Part shown: positions 1 through 11,615 of the stretch, piece by piece
Layout: each line of letters begins with the position of its first letter
Numbering within the stretch: the stretch's first letter is position 1
Assembly (NCBI GenBank): GCA_041665005.1
Contig: JBAYJR010000008.1
Coordinates: 1,423-65,422 of the forward strand
Direction: 5' to 3'
Origin: Candidatus Buchananbacteria bacterium
Lineage (GTDB): Bacteria; Patescibacteriota; Patescibacteriia; 2-01-FULL-39-33; JBAYJR01
DNA length: 64,000 nt
Position numbers and translations under genes: made by a program
The notes under the pieces: generated by a model
Seen by the model: the letters and a program-made list of their open reading frames with translations, nothing else
Told to the model about the DNA's origin: nothing
Databases searched by the model: none

Positions 1-295
1 AAGCGGCTACTTTTAACCGTTGGCCGAGGTCCGCCCCGGCTAATTTATGAGATTTTAAAGCATGATCTAATAATTTATCGGCTTCCACCACCGCCGCGCG
101 ATAAATTAATTCATTGTCGGTTTCCAACATTTGTTCCACCTGTTGCCATTTTTGTTGGAAATTTTTTTGTTCGTCAGATAACGAACGTCGAAATAAAAAA
201 TTTTGGACTAAAGACGATTTAATAATTACCACTAAAACTAAAACAACCACCACACAACCGGCCACAAAAAAAATTGGAAAAAGCTGTAAATTCAT
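1..295 (-). CDS. Hypothetical membrane-anchored protein, 3' end runs off the window
   Basis: Manual translation from ATG at 295: MNLQLFPIFFVAGCVVVVLVLVVII...WQQVEQML...AAVVEADKLLDHALK...LGQRLKVA. Open to the window edge, N-terminal TM helix; not in the ORF track. Confidence 0.7.
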   Translation of the reverse strand, partial: MNLQLFPIFFVAGCVVVVLVLVVIIKSSLVQNFLFRRSLSDEQKNFQQKWQQVEQMLETDNELIYRAAVVEADKLLDHALKSHKLAGADLGQRLKVAA

Positions 296-369
296 CTTGA
301 TTTTTTTACTTTGATTACTTTAACAAATATTCCACTTTGATAAACCAACAACTTAGCTAATAATTTAAA

Positions 370-1830
370 TTAAAGTTGCGGTTTTTGTTTATGCCAATTA
401 GTGGCTTGCTGATACTGATGACCCACTCGCAGGACCATTTCTTCCTTAAAACGATCCCCTAATAACTGAATACCCACCGGCAAACCGTCGGCCAAACCAG
501 CCGGCACTACTAGGCCGCAAATACCGGCCAAACTGGCGGGAATGGTAAAGACATCTGATAAATACATTTTAATTGGATCATCAATATTTTCACCAATCTT
601 AAAAGCAGGAGTTGGCGCGACTGGGGTTAAAATAAAATCCACTTTAGTAAACGCTTGGGTAAAATCTTGTTTAACCAAAGTGCGCACTTTTTGCGCCTGT
701 AAATAATAAGCGTCATAATAACCAGCCGACAAAGCATAAGTACCAACCATCACCCGACGTTTGGCTTCGGCTCCCAAACCTTCGGCGCGACTTTTTAAAT
801 AAACTTCCAACAAATCATTAGCCAAAGCCGTGCTGTGACCATATTTAATACCATCATAACGCGCTAAATTTGAACTAACTTCTGAGGGACAAATAATATA
901 ATAAGCCGCCACGCCGTAAGCGGTGTGAGGCAAAGAAATTTCTTGGACTTTAACTCCCAGGCTTTCAAATTTTTTAATTGACTCTTCAACTACCGCCTTA
1001 ACTTTAGGGTCCAGACCTTCAATAAAATATTCCTTAGGTACTCCCATTACTAAACCTTTTAAATCTTTAATAATTTCCGCCGAATAATCCGGCACTGGTA
1101 AATTTGGTGTAGTAGAATCTTTATCATCGTGTCCGGCTAAATATTTCATAATCAAAGCCACGTCTTCCGCAGTTTTGCCAAATGGGCCAACCGTATCCAA
1201 AGAAGAAGTCATAGCTAAAACGCCAAAGCGCGAAACCCGACCGTAAGAAACTTTTAAACCTGTCGTGCCACAAAACGAGGCCGGTTCGCGAATAGAGCCA
1301 CCCGTATCCGTGCCTAAGGCGTAAATACATTCATCAGCCGCCATAGCGGCCGCAGAACCACCGGACGAACCACCTGGCACGCGAGCCAAATCCCAGGGAT
1401 TATGCGTCGGAAAATAAGCCGAATTTTCCGTAGAACCACCCATAGCAAATTCGTCCAAATTAGTTTTACCTAAAAAAACTCCACCCGCTGACCGTAAAGT
1501 TTTAACCACCGTTGCATCATAGGGCGGAACATATTGCTCTAAAATTTTAGACGCCGCCGTAGTACGCACTCCTTGAGTACAAAATAGATCTTTAATCGCC
1601 ACGGGAATACCGGCTAACGGCGACAAACTTTCGCCACGACCAATTTTTTGATCCACCGCTTGCGCCTGAGAAATTGCTAATTCTGGCGTTACTGTTAAAT
1701 AAGCCTTAACTTGCTCATCAACTTTTTCAATCCGGGCTAAACAATCGCGGGTTAATTCCTCCGCCGAAAAATCTTTATTGCGTAACCCTTGAAAAGTATC
1801 CACTAAGGTTAGTTCGTTTAGTTTGCTCAT
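370..1830 (-). CDS. gatA: Asp/Glu-tRNA amidotransferase subunit A
   Basis: Amidase signature GGSSGGSAAA, GTDTGGSIR, SSNLARYDG. Confidence 0.97.
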   Translation of the reverse strand: MSKLNELTLVDTFQGLRNKDFSAEELTRDCLARIEKVDEQVKAYLTVTPELAISQAQAVDQKIGRGESLSPLAGIPVAIKDLFCTQGVRTTAASKILEQYVPPYDATVVKTLRSAGGVFLGKTNLDEFAMGGSTENSAYFPTHNPWDLARVPGGSSGGSAAAMAADECIYALGTDTGGSIREPASFCGTTGLKVSYGRVSRFGVLAMTSSLDTVGPFGKTAEDVALIMKYLAGHDDKDSTTPNLPVPDYSAEIIKDLKGLVMGVPKEYFIEGLDPKVKAVVEESIKKFESLGVKVQEISLPHTAYGVAAYYIICPSEVSSNLARYDGIKYGHSTALANDLLEVYLKSRAEGLGAEAKRRVMVGTYALSAGYYDAYYLQAQKVRTLVKQDFTQAFTKVDFILTPVAPTPAFKIGENIDDPIKMYLSDVFTIPASLAGICGLVVPAGLADGLPVGIQLLGDRFKEEMVLRVGHQYQQATNWHKQKPQL

Positions 1831-1832
1831 AT

Positions 1833-2120
1833 TTATTCTTTAAAAACTGCTTTAACTTTAATTTGACCGGCTTCTGTGTCCGGCGCTTGGGCCAATAGCT
1901 CAGCCTGATGATTTAGTTCTACAACTTGATCGGCTTGCGTGATGTTTTCTAGGCCCGTCACCTGACTAGTGGGCAAAACCTGACTAGTATCCACCTGGGA
2001 TAACTGTGAAACATATTCTAAAATAGAAGAAAGTTGCTGCTGATATTTTTGTTCATCAGCGGCACTTAATTGTAACCGCGCTAACTGAGCGATGTGTTGG
2101 ACTTCTTGAATAGTAAGCAT
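1833..2120 (-). CDS. gatC: Asp/Glu-tRNA amidotransferase subunit C
   Basis: EVQHIAQLARL N-terminus, 95 aa, directly upstream of gatA. Confidence 0.93.
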   Translation of the reverse strand: MLTIQEVQHIAQLARLQLSAADEQKYQQQLSSILEYVSQLSQVDTSQVLPTSQVTGLENITQADQVVELNHQAELLAQAPDTEAGQIKVKAVFKE

Positions 2121-2172
2121 AGTAATAAAAAATTTATTAAATACCCAAATATTTTAGCACTAAATCACTCTC

Positions 2173-2218
2173 TTGACAACTACTTAAAAAAGAGCTATAA
2201 AAACTGAAAGATAGGAGG
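2173..2218 (+). promoter_or_regulatory. Sigma70-type promoter and SD for ORF 2224
   Basis: TTGACA(2173)-17 nt-TATAAA(2196); AGGAGG at 2213-2218. Confidence 0.65.
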
Positions 2219-2223
2219 AATCT

Positions 2224-2484
2224 ATGGCCAAAGAATTCTACGAAGACAGTTTTTATTTACTAAAGGCCAAAAATGACCGGGCCTACGCTGAACAAAAAAA
2301 ATTACTTAAACTCAATAAACTTTATATTTTTATTGAGCAAAAGAATAGGTGGCAATTTGCCGTCAGATGCAATGGCTTTACTCCACCCCAGGCGGTGGGG
2401 TGTACCAGGGAATTAATTGATACTAAGGCTAAACAACTTAGCCCTAGCCAACAGAAACTCTGGAAAAAATTAAAAAAGAAATAA
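2224..2484 (+). CDS. Small basic hypothetical protein
   Basis: 86-aa ORF with its own promoter, SD and terminator. Confidence 0.75.
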   Translation: MAKEFYEDSFYLLKAKNDRAYAEQKKLLKLNKLYIFIEQKNRWQFAVRCNGFTPPQAVGCTRELIDTKAKQLSPSQQKLWKKLKKK

Positions 2485-2488
2485 AACC

Positions 2489-2518
2489 AAAACCTCCAAA
2501 CAAAAGTTTGGAGGTTTT
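2489..2518. terminator. Bidirectional intrinsic terminator
   Basis: AAAACCTCCAAAC-aaaa-GTTTGGAGGTTTT between convergent genes. Confidence 0.8.
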
Positions 2519-2535
2519 CTTATTTTTTCTAACTA

Positions 2536-4596
<2,061 letters not shown>

Positions 4597-4599
4597 CTA

Positions 4600-4674
4600 G
4601 TTATTGCGAGCACAGCGAAACAATCCAAATTACTTCGCCGTCCCCCGCCGTTGCGGGGTCCTCCTCGCAATGAC
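4600..4674. repeat. REP/RPE-like palindromic element
   Basis: Terminal inverted repeats GTTATTGCGAG / CTCGCAATGAC; internal hairpin CCCCGC-cgtt-GCGGGG; GC-rich in AT-rich DNA. Confidence 0.7.
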
Positions 4675-4730
4675 AAAAAGTGATTTATTATACCAAAATT
4701 ATAGCAAAAAAATCTCAAAAACTCAATAAA

Positions 4731-4756
4731 AAAACCACCGATTAATTACGGTGGTT
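4731..4756 (-). terminator. Terminator after cupin gene
   Basis: AACCACCG...CGGTGGTT stem with adjacent A-run (U-tract on minus). Confidence 0.6.
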
Positions 4757-4790
4757 ATAATAATTAACTACTAAATTCTAACTAACTTTC

Positions 4791-5225
4791 CTACCAATCC
4801 AACGACATTGGTTCAATAACATCATCCTTAGGGTTCGGAGCTGGAGTTAGAATACAAAAATAAACTAACTGCTCCATCATTCCTCCGGCCTTACGAAAAG
4901 CGTGAACTACACCCGGTGGAATTATTACACAATCACCTAGCGCCACCTTAGTTATCTTACCAGCCAAAAATACTTCCCCCGCACCCCTTATAATCACACA
5001 AATTTCTTCCGATTTCTGGTGGCGGTGTAAAGGACCTTTGGTCTCAATAGCCACCTCAGTTAAACTTAAATTTTTAGCACCATTTTTTGGACTGACCAAT
5101 TGGTGCACTACTCCGATTCTCTCTCGGAGTAAGCCTGGAGTTTGCGGATTTTGCTCAATTAATACCCAATTATGCTGGGCATTCAATTTTTCTGCTAATA
5201 AAACAATTCCTGTTTTTTTGCTCAT
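4791..5225 (-). CDS. Cupin domain protein
   Basis: HxH...EE motif (LHRHQKSEE) and GDCVIIPPGVVH; SD AGGAGG. Confidence 0.85.
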   Translation of the reverse strand: MSKKTGIVLLAEKLNAQHNWVLIEQNPQTPGLLRERIGVVHQLVSPKNGAKNLSLTEVAIETKGPLHRHQKSEEICVIIRGAGEVFLAGKITKVALGDCVIIPPGVVHAFRKAGGMMEQLVYFCILTPAPNPKDDVIEPMSLDW

Positions 5226-5250
5226 TGTAGCCTCCTATTTTTTCAAATTT

Positions 5251-5280
5251 AAAACCACCTTAACATAGTCAGGTGGTTTT
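5251..5280 (-). terminator. Hairpin/terminator after pilD
   Basis: AAAACCACCT...AGGTGGTTTT. Confidence 0.55.
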
Positions 5281-5307
5281 GTAAAGACTAAAAACTAAAG
5301 GTAAAAC

Positions 5308-6057
5308 CTAAAAAACCAAACTAAAATACCAAGTTAAAATCGGCTGACCCCACAATAGCATCACCCAAGTAGCCATTACCAAAAAGGGGCCAAAAGCAAT
5401 TTGATCTTTGAGGGTTTTATCACGCATGGCCATTAACAGCAAAGAAACCACCGCCCCTACAATATAAGCAATCATTAAAGCTAACCATAAATAATGTAAC
5501 CCCAGCAACAAACCCATCAAGGCCCCTAAACGTAAATCACCATCACCAATCCACCGGCCGCGCGAAAAAAAGTATTGAACTCCAAAAAATAAAAAACCAA
5601 TTACTCCACCCAATAATAAATTCAACCAATTTTGCCCTTGCCATAAACCCAACAACATTGCCAAAATAATTGCTGGCAACGAAATTACGTCCGGAATTAT
5701 GCCATAACGCCAATCAAACACTAACAATAAATAAAGCACGCTAACAATAATTAAATACCACAAATAATTAGTTGTTAGACCATAAACCGCATAACCGGTT
5801 AAAAAATAAACTACCGTACCTAGTTCAACCAAAGGATAATAGGCCGAAATCTTTTGGTGGCAATGCCGACATTTGCCCCCTAAAAAAACGTAACTTAAAA
5901 CGGGCACTAAATCAGTAACCGACAAAACATGTTGACAGTTAGGGCACTTGGACCGGCCCTTAACCATACTTTCTTGTTTATACAAACGATAAACTAAGGC
6001 CGTAAAAAAACTGCCAAAAATTAAAGCAAAAATAATTATCAAAAAAACAATTGCCAT
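5308..6057 (-). CDS. pilD: Prepilin peptidase (A24)
   Basis: RSKCPNC...GKCRHC Zn motifs, GDGD, AFGPFL. Confidence 0.93.
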   Translation of the reverse strand: MAIVFLIIIFALIFGSFFTALVYRLYKQESMVKGRSKCPNCQHVLSVTDLVPVLSYVFLGGKCRHCHQKISAYYPLVELGTVVYFLTGYAVYGLTTNYLWYLIIVSVLYLLLVFDWRYGIIPDVISLPAIILAMLLGLWQGQNWLNLLLGGVIGFLFFGVQYFFSRGRWIGDGDLRLGALMGLLLGLHYLWLALMIAYIVGAVVSLLLMAMRDKTLKDQIAFGPFLVMATWVMLLWGQPILTWYFSLVF

Positions 6058-6061
6058 AAAA

Positions 6062-8293
6062 TTATTTAATATTTAAATTTTTTGCTAACAATAAATATTG
6101 CTGGGCTAACACTGGCTTACCCATTTCATTATACAACAAACCAGCCCATTGATACCACTGGACTTGTTCTGGCTGTAATTTAATTAGATGCAAAACAATA
6201 CTTAAAGCTTCAGTTTTAGGGCCTATTTGATGGGTAATTTCTACTAAAATTTTAAGTATCTGCGGATCTAAGGATAAGTGATAAGCCTGCCAAAAACTAC
6301 TTTTAGCCAACGCTATTTTTTTTTGTTGAAAATAGACCTGCCCCAAATCCTGATAAGCCAAAGCTTGTTCCTGAGCAATTAACCGCCGATGCTCTTCATT
6401 AACTCGCCAATCAATTAATGGCGGATAAAGCGCCAAGGCTTGTTTAATTTGCTGTTCCGCTAAATCATATTTTTGCCAAAATAAATACAACTTGCCCCAT
6501 TCGGCCGGCAACCGTGCCATTTGTGGGCTAAGTTTTACCAAAGCCTTAAAGGTTTGTTCGGCAGCCAAAAAATAATCAGGTTTTAAATAATAACCCGCCA
6601 AGACTTGCCACTGAGCTAATTTTAATAAGGCTTCTGGCTCTAACCACAAATAATCAATTTGCTGTAAATTATTAAAACCTAAGTCAATCACCTGTTGTTT
6701 TTGCTCGGAAGTTAAATTAGGATTTAAAAAATTCTGCAACGACTGCGCTAATTGCCAACGATAATACCCTTCGCCACTATTTAAAGCAAAAACTCTCTCA
6801 TATGCCTTGATCATTTTTTGATAACCACCAACTCTTTCCCAAAATTTAGCTTGAGCGAAGTTTTGTTCCGCAGCTAATCTTTGATAATTAAAAAGCGTAA
6901 ACCAAACAAGCATTAAAGCTAAAACTACCACTAAAAAAATCTTAAACCAAACTGACAATTTTATTTGATAAATTTTTATTTGGGCTACTGGCGCAGCTAA
7001 TAAGGCGATAAACAACCAAAAATATAAACCACTAACCACAGTAGTAAAATTAAATTGATTAGCCAATAAATAACCGGCCAAAGCTAAAAATAAAAATTGA
7101 TTTAGCGGATCGATTGTAGTCTTTAAATTTAACCAAGCTAAAAAAACAATCAGGCCTAACACTGCTAGCCAAGCCAATAAACCCAAATAACCGCTGGTCA
7201 ACAATACATCCAAAGTTTCATTATGCGTTCGATCGGGAATAGTATTAATTTTTTCATGCAAAGCAATTTGCGGAATATAGGTGTCGGCCAAAACCAAACT
7301 TTGAGTTTCTTGACCATAACCCCAGGCCGGCAACTTTGGCAATTTACTAGCCGCCGCTTGCCAAAAAAGCCAACGCGAAGCCAAAGAACCATACTGCCAA
7401 TTAAATAAAGTTTGCCAACGAGTTTGTAAATTTTCTGTAAAACCCGGACGGGCCACGGTTTGTATTACTTGACCGCTATACTGCCAAACTAAAAAGCCAT
7501 AACCTAAACTTAACAAGATTAAACCGCTAACCAAAACCAACAACCAACGATAAAACTTTTTTTGGCTCAGCCAATAACCAACTAAGATAATAATTTGACC
7601 CAACAACCCCAGCCAAATAGTTCGCGAAAAAGTAAAAAATAATGCACTAAATTGCCCCACTAACAACAATCGCAACAACCAACGACTTGGCTTTAAACTT
7701 TGCCGCGTCTGATACCAAACTAAGGGCCAAGTTAGCAATAAAAATAAACCTAAAAAATTTGGTTGGCCAAAGGTGGAAAATACTCGCCAAGTAATACTGG
7801 GAGCTTCTGACCAAGCCACTACATCCAAGCCGGCTAACTGACACCAAGCGTAAATAATCACTAAAGCCACTGAACCAATAATGGCTTTAAGCCAATAACG
7901 TTTTTTATCAATCAAAAAAATTTGTAAAGCTAACCAAAAAAATAATAAATAATGCATTATTAGCCACAAACCCTGCTCCCGCCAATAAGAACCCCAAAAA
8001 CTTAAATGTGGACTAATCGAAAATATTGCAGCTAATACTTGAGTAAATAAAAAAATCGCTATTACTAACATCGCTTGCCCTTGCCAAACTAAATTTACTG
8101 AATCTAACCACAGGTTTTTTATCAACCAAACAATTAACAACAATTCAATCAACCAACAACCAATTACCGCTTTATCTAGTTCAAAAATATTCCAACCTCG
8201 CCAATTAAAATAAACTGGCACAATAAAAATAGTAACTGCTAAAATTGCCACTAAAACCGAGTTTAAAATCTTTACTAAATATTGCTTAGACAT
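6062..8293 (-). CDS. O-antigen ligase (Wzy_C)-family oligosaccharyltransferase with C-terminal TPR-like repeats
   Basis: STFGQPNFLG, TFSR, GYGQE, RTHNE motifs; multi-TM; helical repeats. Confidence 0.85.
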   Translation of the reverse strand: MSKQYLVKILNSVLVAILAVTIFIVPVYFNWRGWNIFELDKAVIGCWLIELLLIVWLIKNLWLDSVNLVWQGQAMLVIAIFLFTQVLAAIFSISPHLSFWGSYWREQGLWLIMHYLLFFWLALQIFLIDKKRYWLKAIIGSVALVIIYAWCQLAGLDVVAWSEAPSITWRVFSTFGQPNFLGLFLLLTWPLVWYQTRQSLKPSRWLLRLLLVGQFSALFFTFSRTIWLGLLGQIIILVGYWLSQKKFYRWLLVLVSGLILLSLGYGFLVWQYSGQVIQTVARPGFTENLQTRWQTLFNWQYGSLASRWLFWQAAASKLPKLPAWGYGQETQSLVLADTYIPQIALHEKINTIPDRTHNETLDVLLTSGYLGLLAWLAVLGLIVFLAWLNLKTTIDPLNQFLFLALAGYLLANQFNFTTVVSGLYFWLFIALLAAPVAQIKIYQIKLSVWFKIFLVVVLALMLVWFTLFNYQRLAAEQNFAQAKFWERVGGYQKMIKAYERVFALNSGEGYYRWQLAQSLQNFLNPNLTSEQKQQVIDLGFNNLQQIDYLWLEPEALLKLAQWQVLAGYYLKPDYFLAAEQTFKALVKLSPQMARLPAEWGKLYLFWQKYDLAEQQIKQALALYPPLIDWRVNEEHRRLIAQEQALAYQDLGQVYFQQKKIALAKSSFWQAYHLSLDPQILKILVEITHQIGPKTEALSIVLHLIKLQPEQVQWYQWAGLLYNEMGKPVLAQQYLLLAKNLNIK

Positions 8294-8330
8294 GTTCTTA
8301 TTATAACAAAAAATTAAAGAAAAAAAACAA

Positions 8331-8380
8331 ACCCCCCATCTTTTAAACGACTAGAGCTAATCGGCTAAAAGATGGGGGGT
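8331..8380 (-). terminator. Strong terminator after pilin gene
   Basis: 15-bp stem ACCCCCCATCTTTTA / TAAAAGATGGGGGGT followed by U-tract. Confidence 0.75.
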
Positions 8381-8411
8381 AAGCTTTTAAAGGATCCCCA
8401 AAAAACTTAAC

Positions 8412-8804
8412 TTATGGATTTGATAAACCCGATGGGGTAGCAGTATGGGTGCCGGCTGTAATATCACCAACCGCACTTTCTATCGAATAACCAATAGTAT
8501 AACTAGCGCCACTATCTCGTTGCGTATAAGTATACGTTGCGCCACCCGGACCGGGGTTAGTTGGTACTAAAGTCATATAAGTACCGATCGTACCACCAGA
8601 AGTCACCGTAGCTGGATAGCTGTTATTATCTGTATAATACAACTCTAAGGCAGTCTGAACTTGTTTAATATCAGACAAACGTCGAGCGTCCCGGGATTTT
8701 TGTCTAGCTGAATTTAAAGAAATTACCGCCAAAGTTGATAATAAACCAATAATAGCGATAACCACTAACAATTCAATCAAGGTAAAACCTTTTCGTTTAA
8801 TCAT
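8412..8804 (-). CDS. Type IV (pseudo)pilin, probable major pilin
   Basis: Class III signal KRKG|FTLIELLVVIAIIG; strong SD GGAGGTG; own terminator. Confidence 0.92.
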   Translation of the reverse strand: MIKRKGFTLIELLVVIAIIGLLSTLAVISLNSARQKSRDARRLSDIKQVQTALELYYTDNNSYPATVTSGGTIGTYMTLVPTNPGPGGATYTYTQRDSGASYTIGYSIESAVGDITAGTHTATPSGLSNP

Positions 8805-8858
8805 GTCTTCACCTCCCCTCTCTTATATAGAATTAAATATTAAGTAAAAATACAAGCC

Positions 8859-9251
8859 CTATTTTAAACCAATAATCTTTTTAATCTTGGCAACCACTTC
8901 GGATGGCATAAAATGGGCTTTTATTAAATAATCTTTGGCCCCCATCGCTAAGCCCCGATCAACATCTCCTTTTTGCGAAAGATTAGTTAATAAGATAACC
9001 GGAATATCTTTAGTATCCTGACCTTTTTTTAAAGTTTCTAAAACCACAAAACCATTTATTTTTGGTAGAATTAAATCTAACAAAATAATATCTGGCACCT
9101 TTTTTTGCACCAATTCTAAGGCTTTTTCGCCATCCATAGCCAAGATTACTTCAAAATTCTCTAACTTAAACTTAGTGGCATACAGTTCTGCTAAAAAAGC
9201 ATCATCCTCAACCAATAAAATTTTAATTTTTTTGTCACTTTTGACTGTCAT
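8859..9251 (-). CDS. Single-domain response regulator (CheY-like)
   Basis: ILLVEDD, LLDLILP, LT, YLIK. Confidence 0.92.
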   Translation of the reverse strand: MTVKSDKKIKILLVEDDAFLAELYATKFKLENFEVILAMDGEKALELVQKKVPDIILLDLILPKINGFVVLETLKKGQDTKDIPVILLTNLSQKGDVDRGLAMGAKDYLIKAHFMPSEVVAKIKKIIGLK

Positions 9252-9257
9252 AAATAA

Positions 9258-10502
9258 TTAACTAATATTTTTGATCACTTCTTCCAAGGTAGTTAGCCCC
9301 TGACTGGCTTTTATTATACCATCAACTGCTAAAAAGATAAACTCCGGATCTAATTTAGTCAAGCTCTCGGCCGTCAATTCGCCACCTTCAATGAGATAAT
9401 TTTTCAAGGGCTCATTTAATTCAAAAATTTCCGCCAAAACCATTCTACCCTTATAGCCTGTTTGGCTACAATGTGGGCAACCAGCGCCCCGATAAAAAAC
9501 CAAATTTTCGGGATCTATCAAACCTGTAGGAGTCGACTTAACTAACGCTTTGGCAATTTTAAGTAACCCAGGAGCCGGCGTGGTTTCTACTCGGCAATCG
9601 GGACAAATTTTACGCACTAACCTCTGACTAATAATTAAACCCAAAGCTTCGGTTAGCAAAAAAGTTGGTAAGCCCATTTCTAATAACCGCTTGACCGTGC
9701 TTAAAACATCTGAGGTGGCCAAAGAAGAAAAAACTTTTTTATTAAAGGTGGCTACCCAACCGGCTAATTCTACCGCCGTAACGCTATCCAAGGTATCTAA
9801 CAACAAAATATCAGGCTCTTGTTTTAAGGCAACCTGCAAGGCCTCATTTAAATTTGAATCGTGCAAAGAGCCTAAAGAAATTTGATTAACTCCCGACAAA
9901 TAGCGTTCAATCGGCTCTTCTAAAGTGGTAATATTTACCGCTTCACTGTTTAAAATATTTAACAACGTGTACAGGGTGGTGGTTTTGCCTGAATTAACTT
10001 TGCCCGTTACTAAAAACAGGCCACCGCGGGTTAATTTTTTTTCAATCTGACTAAGATGATAATCAGCAAAGCCCAGCTCCACTAAAGTTTGCGGTTGATC
10101 GTAAGCGCTAACTAAATGTAAAACTACTTTTTCGCCTTCAATCATCGGCAAAAAATAAACTAAAACGTTATAAATTTTTCCTTCATATTCAAGTTTATAA
10201 CTGGCTGCCTGGGGTTGCAAATCTTTGGCCGGCGGCAAACCGACTAATTGACGTAAAGCTTGTAGCAAAGAAACTAATACCGTCGCACTTAAAGTTAGCG
10301 AAGAATGCAAAATTCCATCCACGCGATAACGTATTCTTACCTCACCCGCGCTAGGTTCAATATGAATATCCGTCGCCCGACCGTCTAAAGCGTTTTTGAT
10401 AATCACCTCTAAAATCTTTTGTCCGGAAACCAAAGCTTCGATCGATTGATCAGCTTTAGTCAAAGCGGGAGTAACTGCTGTGAAATTATTTTTAACTGAC
10501 AT
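9258..10502 (-). CDS. GspE/PilB-family ATPase-like protein with degenerate motifs
   Basis: TDIHIEP, RYRVDG, Walker A GKVNSGKTT, QRLVR, two CxxC, GYKGR. Confidence 0.85.
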   Translation of the reverse strand: MSVKNNFTAVTPALTKADQSIEALVSGQKILEVIIKNALDGRATDIHIEPSAGEVRIRYRVDGILHSSLTLSATVLVSLLQALRQLVGLPPAKDLQPQAASYKLEYEGKIYNVLVYFLPMIEGEKVVLHLVSAYDQPQTLVELGFADYHLSQIEKKLTRGGLFLVTGKVNSGKTTTLYTLLNILNSEAVNITTLEEPIERYLSGVNQISLGSLHDSNLNEALQVALKQEPDILLLDTLDSVTAVELAGWVATFNKKVFSSLATSDVLSTVKRLLEMGLPTFLLTEALGLIISQRLVRKICPDCRVETTPAPGLLKIAKALVKSTPTGLIDPENLVFYRGAGCPHCSQTGYKGRMVLAEIFELNEPLKNYLIEGGELTAESLTKLDPEFIFLAVDGIIKASQGLTTLEEVIKNIS

Positions 10503-10504
10503 AA

Positions 10505-11584
10505 TTAAGGCACTAGATTACTTGACTGCCACACAAAATTAGCGGTAAAACTTTCTTGCTCAGTAACCGGGGTATTTAAGGTAAAAATTAAACCACTTAA
10601 ATTATCAATTTTTTGCCAAACCATTTCTTGACGCTTAACCACTGCCGCCGTAGTCGCTAAACCACTAACAGCAATCTGATTACCACTAACTTTTACTTCA
10701 CTAATTTTTACTCCAGGTAATAAGCCACTCCGCAAAGCTTGATAAACTTCTAACTGAACTAGGCTTTGTCGATTAGCTTGACCTGAAATATTATCTAAAA
10801 AATTTTGTTGCGCTGAATCATAGTTATTAATTACGCCTTCTAGACCACTCACCCGTTTTTCTAGGCCGCTAATTTTTTGTTCCAAAAGATTGTTACGCTG
10901 CAATAAATAATTATCAGTCGTACGTAAAATTAAATAAAAAGATAACACAATAATAATAATTAACAAATAAACCAGAGCGGGAAAAAACGACGCCCAGTCA
11001 AAAAAATCATTTGGCGCTGTCTTAGCTTTAATTTTTTCTGCCCCGGCTGTTAAACCAAGTTTAGGGGTAGGAGTAGAAATTAATTTCTCAGAATTCAGGC
11101 GATTAAAATATTGCCAAAAACCTGGCCGAACTACCGGCTTGTTTAAAGGTTTAATCACTGGTTTAGTGATATTGGCCGGCACCGAATTTTTAGCAACTGC
11201 TTTATAAGTAGCTGGCGGTGGCAAATTAGGTAATTTAACCGTGCTCGCCATTTTAGGCTTAAAACTAAACCACCGGCGCCAAAAACTTCGCCTAACCACA
11301 ACTACTGGCTTTTTAAACGGCGCTTTAGGCTGAGGCTTAACCGCCACTCGGATCTGTCTGATTTCCGGCAATGGCGGACGACTAATTGGTCGACTGGTTT
11401 TAACCACGGGGGGCTGAAAAAATAATCTCTGCCATAAAGACAGACTGGGCTGTTTAACGATAGAATTCTTGGCTTGAGGTGAAACGTACTTAATGTCTGC
11501 CGAGGGCTTTTGTTTTTGCAATTTTTTTTGCAACTTTTCCTCAGACCAACGCAGCTCGGGTGGCAATAAATTAACGTTGGGCAT
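10505..11584 (-). CDS. PilN-like protein with long Pro/Lys-rich N-terminal region
   Basis: N-terminal VNLLP motif, single TM, coiled coil, follows pilM. Confidence 0.6.
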   Translation of the reverse strand: MPNVNLLPPELRWSEEKLQKKLQKQKPSADIKYVSPQAKNSIVKQPSLSLWQRLFFQPPVVKTSRPISRPPLPEIRQIRVAVKPQPKAPFKKPVVVVRRSFWRRWFSFKPKMASTVKLPNLPPPATYKAVAKNSVPANITKPVIKPLNKPVVRPGFWQYFNRLNSEKLISTPTPKLGLTAGAEKIKAKTAPNDFFDWASFFPALVYLLIIIIVLSFYLILRTTDNYLLQRNNLLEQKISGLEKRVSGLEGVINNYDSAQQNFLDNISGQANRQSLVQLEVYQALRSGLLPGVKISEVKVSGNQIAVSGLATTAAVVKRQEMVWQKIDNLSGLIFTLNTPVTEQESFTANFVWQSSNLVP

Positions 11585-11615
11585 AATGTTTTATTTTGTT
11601 TTATTTTTTAATTTT

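Noticed and set aside
114-314. 66-aa plus-strand ORF and other short ORFs overlapping long genes (e.g. 3929-4360, 17523-17978, 58935-59558)
   Set aside because: Antisense or alternate-frame shadows of well-supported genes.
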